From the NCBI GenBank assembly GCA_944386255.1, contig CALXAK010000113.1, positions 1 to 48,000 on the forward strand: 48,000 nucleotides of DNA. The letters are read 5' to 3'. The notes under the pieces are model-generated. The model made no database searches and was not told where the DNA came from. It was given only the letters and a program-made list of their open reading frames with translations. Positions 41,219-48,000 of this stretch are shown piece after piece. Origin of the DNA: an uncultured Clostridia bacterium (lineage in GTDB: Bacteria; Bacillota; Clostridia; Oscillospirales; Ruminococcaceae). Numbering within the stretch: position 1 is the first letter of the stretch; the number at the start of each line of letters is the position of its first letter. The translations under genes and the position numbers were made by a program.

Positions 41219-42106
41219 TTAAATGAGCCCCAGGCTCTTTAGCTCCTGCTCCATCTCCTGTAGAAGCCCGCTGCTCGCTTCGCTAAGAGGCGGGCGCACC
41301 GGCCCCGCGTCTATGCCCACCAGCTTCATGGCGGCCTTCACCGGTATTGGATTGGGCTCCTTGAAGAGCAGTTTGTTTATCCTCCAGAGCTTCTGCTGAA
41401 TCCTCGCGGCGGTGTCAAAGTCCCCCTCGAGGCACCTCGCGCTGAGCTTGCTGACGGTGGCGGGTAGCAGGTTGCCCAGCACCGAAATAAGTCCCGCCCC
41501 GCCCATGGACATAAACGGCACGGCGGTGTCGTCGTTGCCGGAATAGAAGGAAAAGTCCTCGGGGCACTTGGCCTTGGACTCGATATATGCCGCAAAGTCG
41601 CCGCTCGCGTCCTTGATGCCCGCCATGTTTGCGGTCTCGCTTATGCTGCGAAGGGCGTCGGGGGAGATGCTCATGCCGGTCCTGGAGGGCACGCTGTAGG
41701 CAATAACCGGCAGGTCGGTGCAGGCCGCCACCGCCCGGTAGTGGTCTATGAGCCCCTGCTGGGTGGTCTTGTTGTAGTAGGGGGTCACCACCAGCAGAGC
41801 GTCCGCCCCCATGAGCTGGCAGCTCCTTGCCAGCGCCACCGCCTTTTCGGTGCAGTTGCTCCCGGCCCCCGCAATCACCGGCACCCTCCCGGCCACCAGC
41901 TTTGCTGCGTAGGCCACAAGTTCGCTGTGCTCGTTGAAGGAGAGGGTGGCGGATTCCCCGGTGGTGCCGCAGACCACCAGCGCGTCCACGCCGTTGGCCA
42001 GCTGGAACTCTATGAGCTTTTTGAACTGGCCGTAGTTCACCCTCCCGTCCGGGTACATAGGGGTGACAAGCGCCGTGGCGCAGCCTCTGAAGATGCTGTC
42101 TTTCAT
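41219..42106 (-). CDS. dapA: 4-hydroxy-tetrahydrodipicolinate synthase
   Basis: 295 aa. Motifs: ALVTPM, VCGTTGESATLS, YYNK, and IAGIKDASGD containing the Schiff-base lysine. Confidence 0.93.
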   Translation of the reverse strand: MKDSIFRGCATALVTPMYPDGRVNYGQFKKLIEFQLANGVDALVVCGTTGESATLSFNEHSELVAYAAKLVAGRVPVIAGAGSNCTEKAVALARSCQLMGADALLVVTPYYNKTTQQGLIDHYRAVAACTDLPVIAYSVPSRTGMSISPDALRSISETANMAGIKDASGDFAAYIESKAKCPEDFSFYSGNDDTAVPFMSMGGAGLISVLGNLLPATVSKLSARCLEGDFDTAARIQQKLWRINKLLFKEPNPIPVKAAMKLVGIDAGPVRPPLSEASSGLLQEMEQELKSLGLI

Positions 42107-43131
42107 GCTCTGCCCGCCTCTCTCAGGTTTTTAAGGATGATTTCTGCTATCTGCACCGCGTTGGCAGCGGCCCCCTTGCGTATGTTGTCCGCGCAGACCC
42201 ACATGTCGAGGGAGTTCTCCCGGCTGGGGTCCCGCCGCAGTCTGCCCACCAGCACAAGGTCCTGCCCGGTCGCCTCCCGCGCAAGGGGATAGACCCCGTT
42301 TTCCGGCTGATCCAGCAGCTCTATGCCCGGGGATTCCGCCAGCAGCCGCCTAATATCCTCGAGGCTAAAGTCCTTTTTTAGCTCCACATTTATCGCCTCA
42401 CTGTGGGAGTTGAACACCGGCACCCGCACCGCCGTGGCGGTTATGGCCATGTCCGGCGCGTGCAGTATCTTCCGGGTCTCGTCCATCAGCTTGTGCTCCT
42501 CTTTGGTGTAGCCGTCCGGCTGGAAGAGGTCTATCTGGGGGATGCAGTTGCCGAAGATCCCCTGGCTGAACTTTTTGGGCGGGGTGTGCCCGCCGCTGAG
42601 ATGGTCCCGGACCCCCGCCTCCAGGTCCTCCCAGCCGCCGCGGCCCGCCCCCGACACCGCCTGGAAGGTGGTGTAGACTATGCGCTCTATCCCGTACTCC
42701 CGCTGCAGCGGCGCCAGCGCCACCACCGCCTGAATGGTGGAGCAGTTGGGGTTTGCAATTATCCCGCGGGAAAGCTCAATGTCCCCGGGGTTCACCTCCG
42801 GCACCACCAGCGGCACCTCCGGGTCCATGCGCCAGCGGGAGCTGTTGTCTATCACCACCGCGCCGCTCCCTGCGGCTATGGGCGCAAACCTCTCGCTCAC
42901 CGACGCCCCGGCGGAGAAGAGGGCGATGTCAAACCCCTCGGAGAAGGAGTCCTCCCGCAGCTCCCGTACCTCAAAGTCCCGGCCCAAAAAGCGCAGTTTC
43001 TCGCCGGCGCTTTTGGCCGAGGCAAAGAGGGTGTAGCTGTACTGCTGCATCCCGTACTCCTCCAGCACCCGCAGGAACGCTCTGCCCACCATGCCGGTGG
43101 CGCCCACCACCGCAATCTTAGCTCTTCGCAT
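42103..43131 (-). CDS. asd: Aspartate-semialdehyde dehydrogenase
   Basis: 342 aa. NAD motif VVGATGMVG, active-site NPNCSTI, and QAVSGAG. ATGA overlap with dapA. RBS GGGAGAG. Confidence 0.93.
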   Translation of the reverse strand: MRRAKIAVVGATGMVGRAFLRVLEEYGMQQYSYTLFASAKSAGEKLRFLGRDFEVRELREDSFSEGFDIALFSAGASVSERFAPIAAGSGAVVIDNSSRWRMDPEVPLVVPEVNPGDIELSRGIIANPNCSTIQAVVALAPLQREYGIERIVYTTFQAVSGAGRGGWEDLEAGVRDHLSGGHTPPKKFSQGIFGNCIPQIDLFQPDGYTKEEHKLMDETRKILHAPDMAITATAVRVPVFNSHSEAINVELKKDFSLEDIRRLLAESPGIELLDQPENGVYPLAREATGQDLVLVGRLRRDPSRENSLDMWVCADNIRKGAAANAVQIAEIILKNLREAGRA

Positions 43132-43148
43132 ATTCTCTCCCTTTCCGG

Positions 43149-43177
43149 TTGAAAAGATTCTGGGCTTACAATATAAT
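43149..43177 (+). promoter_or_regulatory. Sigma-A-type promoter for queA-tgt
   Basis: TTGAAA (43149-43154), a 17-nt spacer, then TATAAT (43172-43177). Confidence 0.5.
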
Positions 43178-43216
43178 TAGATTCGTTGCGTTGAGATTTA
43201 TGTTGCTCAACACCAG

Positions 43217-43245
43217 AGTATTCAAAGAGAGAAAATGGTTGACAA
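43217..43245 (-). promoter_or_regulatory. Candidate sigma-A-type promoter for asd-dapA (minus strand)
   Basis: The minus strand reads TTGTCA (43245-43240), a 17-nt spacer, then AATACT (43222-43217), leaving a leader of about 85 nt. Confidence 0.35.
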
Positions 43246-43264
43246 CTGCGCTATGGAAAGAAGC

Positions 43265-44284
43265 ATGTTTAACTACGACCTGCCCCGGGAGCTGATTGCC
43301 CAGCACCCCGCAGATCCCCGGGACTCCTCCCGCCTCATGTGCCTCTCGAGGCGGACCGGCGCAATAGAGGAGACGGTTTTTCGAGATATTGAGCGGCTTT
43401 TGAATCCGGGTGACCTGCTGGTGGTCAACGACTCAAGGGTCATCCCCGCGAGGCTCTGCGGCACAAAGGTGGGCGGTGGCGCCAGCTGTGAGCTGCTGCT
43501 GCTGAAGGACCTGGGCGGCGACCGCTGGGAGTGCCTTGCAAAGCCCGGCAGGAGGCTCAGGAAGGGGGCCTCGGTAAGCTTTTTGGACGGGGAGCTGGTG
43601 GCCACCGTCGAAGAGGAAATAGAGGACGGCAACCGAATCGTAAGCTTCGCCTATCCCCAGGGCAGCAGCTTTTTTGAGCTGTTGGACAGGGCCGGGGTAA
43701 TGCCGCTGCCCCACTACATAACCGAGCCTCTAAAGAGCAACGACCAGTACCAGACGGTCTACGCCAAGTACGACGGCTCCGCCGCCGCCCCCACGGCGGG
43801 GCTGCACTTTACCACCGAGCTGCTGGACCGAATACGGGCCAAGGGGGTGGGGGTGGAGTTTGTGACTCTGCATGTGGGCCTCGGCACCTTCCGACCGGTT
43901 AAGGAGAACAACATCACCGACCACATAATGCACAGCGAGTGGTACACCGTGCCGCAACGCACCGCCGACGCAATAAAGGCCGCCAAGCAATCAAGGGGGA
44001 GGGTCATCGCCGTGGGCACCACCTCCTGCAGGACCCTTGAGGCGGTGACCACCCGCCACGGGGAGATAATCCCCTGCGCCGAGACCACCGACATATTCAT
44101 CTACCCGGGGTATGAGTTCAAGTGCATAGACGGGCTCATAACCAACTTCCACCTGCCGGAGAGCACCCTTATCATGCTGGTTGCAGCCCTCGCGGGGTAT
44201 GACAACACCATGCGGGCCTACCGCCGGGCGGTGGAGGAGCGCTACCGCTTCTTCAGCTTCGGCGACGCCATGTTTATCAGTTGA
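43265..44284 (+). CDS. queA: S-adenosylmethionine:tRNA ribosyltransferase-isomerase
   Basis: ATG 43265 (MFNYDLPRELIAQHPADPRDSSRLM) matches the canonical QueA N-terminus. Motifs: AAPTAGLHFT, VGTTS.RTLE and FFSFGDAMFI. The track start 43235 is a probable over-extension. Confidence 0.93.
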   Translation: MFNYDLPRELIAQHPADPRDSSRLMCLSRRTGAIEETVFRDIERLLNPGDLLVVNDSRVIPARLCGTKVGGGASCELLLLKDLGGDRWECLAKPGRRLRKGASVSFLDGELVATVEEEIEDGNRIVSFAYPQGSSFFELLDRAGVMPLPHYITEPLKSNDQYQTVYAKYDGSAAAPTAGLHFTTELLDRIRAKGVGVEFVTLHVGLGTFRPVKENNITDHIMHSEWYTVPQRTADAIKAAKQSRGRVIAVGTTSCRTLEAVTTRHGEIIPCAETTDIFIYPGYEFKCIDGLITNFHLPESTLIMLVAALAGYDNTMRAYRRAVEERYRFFSFGDAMFIS

Positions 44285-44289
44285 GGTGA

Positions 44290-45423
<1,134 letters not shown>

Positions 45424-45433
45424 GCTTTTTTCC

Positions 45434-45461
45434 TTGCAAAACTCCGCGAAAGCTGTATAAT
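45434..45461 (+). promoter_or_regulatory. Sigma-A-type promoter upstream of yajC
   Basis: TTGCAA (45434-45439), a 16-nt spacer, then TATAAT (45456-45461). Confidence 0.5.
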
Positions 45462-45490
45462 CAAATTAATATTTATAGGAGGCACGCAAA

Positions 45491-45811
45491 ATGTACCTGT
45501 TCCCCCTTGAGACATCCACCGACGCCGCAGCCACCTCGTCGGGCTTTACCCCGATAATCCTGATGGTGGCCATGCTGGTTATCTTCTACTTTGTGCTCAT
45601 CGTCCCCCAGAAGAAGCGGGAGAAGAAGGACAAGGAGATGCGCAGCAACATCGAGGTCGGCGACCTCATCACCACCATCGGCGGCATAGTCGCCACCGTT
45701 GTTGCCCTCAGCGACGACACCCTGCTCATCGAGACCGCCGCTGACCGCACCAAGCTCCGGGTCTACCGCTGGGCGGTGCAGTCGGTGGAGAAGGTAAAGC
45801 TGGACGATTAG
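45491..45811 (+). CDS. yajC: Preprotein translocase subunit YajC
   Basis: 106 aa with a single TM (IILMVAMLVIFYFVLIVPQKKREKK), then GD.I.T.GGI...V. Follows queA-tgt, as is widely conserved. RBS AGGAGG. Confidence 0.9.
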   Translation: MYLFPLETSTDAAATSSGFTPIILMVAMLVIFYFVLIVPQKKREKKDKEMRSNIEVGDLITTIGGIVATVVALSDDTLLIETAADRTKLRVYRWAVQSVEKVKLDD

Positions 45812-45831
45812 CAGAGTTTGACGAATAAATA

Positions 45832-45880
45832 GACCTCCTTCGCGAATATTCTTAACCGAATACGCAAAGGAGGCCTTTTA
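45832..45880 (+). terminator. Intrinsic terminator after yajC whose 3' arm carries the next gene's Shine-Dalgarno sequence
   Basis: CCTCCTT (45834-45840) pairs with AAGGAGG (45867-45873), GCG (45842-45844) with CGC (45863-45865), and TATTC (45847-45851) with GAATA (45858-45862). The loop is 6 nt. The hairpin is followed by CCTTTTATTT, and TTG 45882 follows. Confidence 0.6.
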
Positions 45881-45881
45881 T

Positions 45882-46304
45882 TTGAAAACCAGATCCTCAA
45901 GCGTCAAGTCCCCAGCGGCCGCCGCTGCGGTGAGGTGCGCCTCGGGAGTTGTGACCTGCGTGCTCATGGTGGCGGCAGCAGCCGCGCTGCTGGCTGTGGC
46001 GCTCACCGCAGTGGATATCCCCCGCACCGCCTATGACCCGCTCATGACCTTCACCTCCTCCCTGGCGGTGGCGGTCTCCGCTATGCTCTCCAGCAAAAAG
46101 CACAAGGAGCGGGGGCTCATGTTCGGCTTTGCCATAGCGGTTGGCTTCTTCATCGTGCTGCTCACCGCCGGCCTCGCCATGGGGGATGTGGGGTTCTCCG
46201 AGAACGCCGTCTACAAGCTCATGGCGCTGCTGAGCTCCGGGGGAATAGGCGGCTATCTGGGCCTGCCCGGCAGGGCCAGCTCCAAGAAAAAAAGCCTCGC
46301 CTGA
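45882..46304 (+). CDS. Small polytopic membrane protein (TIGR04086-like)
   Basis: 140 aa, TTG start with AAGGAGG 8 nt upstream. About 4 TMs. The general layout and position after yajC resemble the TIGR04086 family seen in clostridia. Recognised from memory only. Confidence 0.5.
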   Translation: MKTRSSSVKSPAAAAAVRCASGVVTCVLMVAAAAALLAVALTAVDIPRTAYDPLMTFTSSLAVAVSAMLSSKKHKERGLMFGFAIAVGFFIVLLTAGLAMGDVGFSENAVYKLMALLSSGGIGGYLGLPGRASSKKKSLA

Positions 46305-46332
46305 GCGAGCGCTGCCTTTTGAAAGGATGTTT

Positions 46333-47124
46333 ATGAAAAGGATTGCTTTTTTGGGTTTCGGCAACATGGCTGGAGCCATCGCGGCCGGAATGGTGGAGAA
46401 GGGCGGTGTGCCCAGGAGCGAGCTCCTGGCCTGCGACCTGGAAAGAGGCAAGGTGGAGGCGTTTGGCATAGATTTCTGCCCCTCTGCCGCCGAGGCCGCC
46501 GCGTCGGCCAAATTTATTTTTTTGTGCGTAAAGCCCCAGCAGATAATGGACCTCGCCCAACAGATAGCCCCCTTCCTTTCCGAGGAAAAGGTGCTGGTCT
46601 CCATCGCCGCTGGCGTCACCGCCGATGCGCTCCGGGAGGCGACCGGCTACCGCTGCCCGGTGGTGCGGGTGCTTCCCAACCTGCCGCTCATGGCGGGCTT
46701 CGGCACCACCGCCATTGCGAGACCCGATGGCATTTCCGATGAGGACTACAACACGGTTTTCCGCATATTCGATGGCATCGGCTCCGCGGTGGAGATAGAC
46801 CCGTCAAAGTTCAACGAGGTCATCCCGGTGAGCTCCAGCAGCCCCGCGTTCCTCTTTGAGATGGCGAGGCTCACCGCCTGCTGTGCTGGGCAGTACGGCA
46901 TCCCCGAGGAGAACGCTCTAAAGCTCTTTGCCGGCACCATGAAGGGCTGTGCCGAGATGATGCTCAAGGGCGAGAGGACCCCCGAGCAGCTCACCCAGAT
47001 GGTCTGCTCCAAAAAGGGTACCACCGAGGCTGCCCTCGAGGCCATGCGGGAGATGGGCTGGGAGGAAGCGTTCATCGCGGGCTTCAAGCGCTGTATCGAG
47101 AGAGCCTACGAGCTGGGCCGTTAG
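46333..47124 (+). CDS. proC: Pyrroline-5-carboxylate reductase
   Basis: ATG 46333 (MKRIAFLGFGNMAGAI, Rossmann fold) with AAGGA 5 nt upstream. Motifs: VKPQ and C-terminal VCSKKGTTEAAL. 263 aa. Confidence 0.9.
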   Translation: MKRIAFLGFGNMAGAIAAGMVEKGGVPRSELLACDLERGKVEAFGIDFCPSAAEAAASAKFIFLCVKPQQIMDLAQQIAPFLSEEKVLVSIAAGVTADALREATGYRCPVVRVLPNLPLMAGFGTTAIARPDGISDEDYNTVFRIFDGIGSAVEIDPSKFNEVIPVSSSSPAFLFEMARLTACCAGQYGIPEENALKLFAGTMKGCAEMMLKGERTPEQLTQMVCSKKGTTEAALEAMREMGWEEAFIAGFKRCIERAYELGR

Positions 47125-47160
47125 TCATTTTGTCCCACCCGGCGGCATATAATCTACCGG

Positions 47161-47793
47161 GTGTTGCAGATGATTAGAAAAAGGCTCGGAAGAAAAGATA
47201 ACCATTTCGTGTCCCCCGCAAGGCTGGACCGCCAGAAGAAGCTGTTCAAAAGGCTGATTCTGCTGCTGGCGGTCTATCTGGTGGGGGCTGCTGTGGGTTC
47301 GGTGGCCGCGGGACTTGTGGACGCCACCGAGCCGCGGCTGTTTGACGCGGTGTACAACGAGATAACCGCCGTCTACGGCAGGAGCTTCGCCTCGGCGGTG
47401 CTCTGCTTTGCCGGACCCGCTGCGGCGTCGGTGGGCATGATGGCTCTTGGGGGCATAAGCGCCGCCGGCACCCCGGTGGGCACTCTGGTGCTGGGCCTCT
47501 CCGGCGCCTGCTACGGTTTCCTCTCCGGCACCATAGTTCGCGCCCTCGGCATGAGCGGCTTTTGGGCCGCGGTTTGCGTTCTCACCCTGCCGGGCTGCCT
47601 CTCGGCGCTGGTGCTGGCCGCCCTCGCCGGCGAGGCGATTAAGACCTCAAGGGACGTCCTCGGCGCCATACGCGGGGATGCGGGCACAAGGGTCGCCCTG
47701 GACCGCCTGGTGGGCGGCTCCATCGCCTCGGCGGCGGCGCTGCTCATGCTCTGCTTTTTAAATGTGGCCATCGGGAGGCTTTTCTTTTCCTGA
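47161..47793 (+). CDS. Polytopic membrane protein, possibly SpoIIM-like
   Basis: 210 aa with a basic N-terminus and about 5 TMs. The segments ALGGISAAGTPVGTLVLGLSGACYGFLSG and TLPGCLSALVLAALAGEAI loosely parallel B. subtilis SpoIIM (ILGISIIGMPIIL..FLKGIVVGF and VLPQNMILIPAYL). The start is GTG 47161 or ATG 47170. Confidence 0.35.
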   Translation: MLQMIRKRLGRKDNHFVSPARLDRQKKLFKRLILLLAVYLVGAAVGSVAAGLVDATEPRLFDAVYNEITAVYGRSFASAVLCFAGPAAASVGMMALGGISAAGTPVGTLVLGLSGACYGFLSGTIVRALGMSGFWAAVCVLTLPGCLSALVLAALAGEAIKTSRDVLGAIRGDAGTRVALDRLVGGSIASAAALLMLCFLNVAIGRLFFS

Positions 47794-47800
47794 GATTATT

Positions 47801-47828
47801 GCCAACCTTAATTGGAATTGAGGTTGGC
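47801..47828 (+). other. Hairpin after the SpoIIM-like gene (no U-tract)
   Basis: GCCAACCT (47801-47808) pairs with AGGTTGGC (47821-47828) across a 12-nt loop. It is followed by GTAACAGC. Confidence 0.4.
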
Positions 47829-47892
47829 GTAACAGCTGATTAATAAAGACGTGGTAAACTACCTACATCTCGTTCAGGAAGGTAAACTTGCA

Positions 47893-48000
47893 ATGAACCG
47901 GAAAAAGAAGATGATAATTATTGTCGCCGCCGCAGTCATTATTGTGGCGGCTGCTTCTGTCGGCGGATATTTCCTTTTGGGCGGCGGCGCCGGCGGCAGC
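47893..48000 (+). CDS. Partial ORF (5' end only): signal-anchored protein of unknown function
   Basis: ATG 47893 encodes MNRKKKMIIIVAAAVIIVAAASVGGYFLLGGGAGGS... and runs off the window. AGGAAGG lies 14 nt upstream. Confidence 0.4.
   Translation, partial: MNRKKKMIIIVAAAVIIVAAASVGGYFLLGGGAGGS

Noticed and set aside
43132-43264. Possible lysine (L-box) riboswitch in front of asd-dapA.
   Set aside because: The available leader is about 85-130 nt, too short for an L-box (about 180 nt). It shows only one weak 6-bp hairpin (GTTGAG/CTCAAC) and no conserved L-box core sequences.

Overview
GC-rich Firmicutes/Clostridia-type chromosomal segment with AT-rich intergenic spacers. It is almost entirely conserved housekeeping and endospore genes, and about 90% of the coding sequence is on the + strand. 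Gene order: tRNA-Ser(GGA); asnS; an AspC-like aminotransferase; a divergent SecD/SecF-like pair plus nrdR; a translationally coupled pstSCAB-phoU-phoP/phoR-like phosphate operon with Pho-box-like repeats; a minus-strand DUF4363/DUF421 pair facing a gerA-type germinant receptor operon; hprK-murB-rapZ-whiA-dnaE-pfkA; yunB; ligA; the complete spoIIIAA-AH operon; asp23-nusB-xseAB-ispA-dxs-tlyA-nadK-argR-recN; convergent dapA-asd; queA-tgt-yajC; a TIGR04086-like membrane protein; proC; a SpoIIM-like membrane protein; and a partial ORF at the right edge. I found no CRISPR array, integrase, transposase, toxin-antitoxin, defence genes or large non-coding region (the largest spacers are about 150-200 nt). 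My honest reading is that this is an ordinary core-genome window with no convincing undescribed multi-gene system. The most unusual items are: (1) a germinant receptor whose B and C subunits are much shorter than canonical, with a C subunit lacking a lipobox cysteine, placed beside DUF421/DUF4363; (2) a strongly diverged SecDF-like pair under a consensus promoter, co-transcribed with nrdR; (3) three hairpins whose 3' arm or loop carries the Shine-Dalgarno sequence of the next gene; (4) a Gly-to-Val change at the first glycine of the RecN P-loop; (5) synteny departures (no yvcK between rapZ and whiA, no spoIVB-spo0A after recN). All product calls come from by-eye motif and architecture recognition, not database searches.
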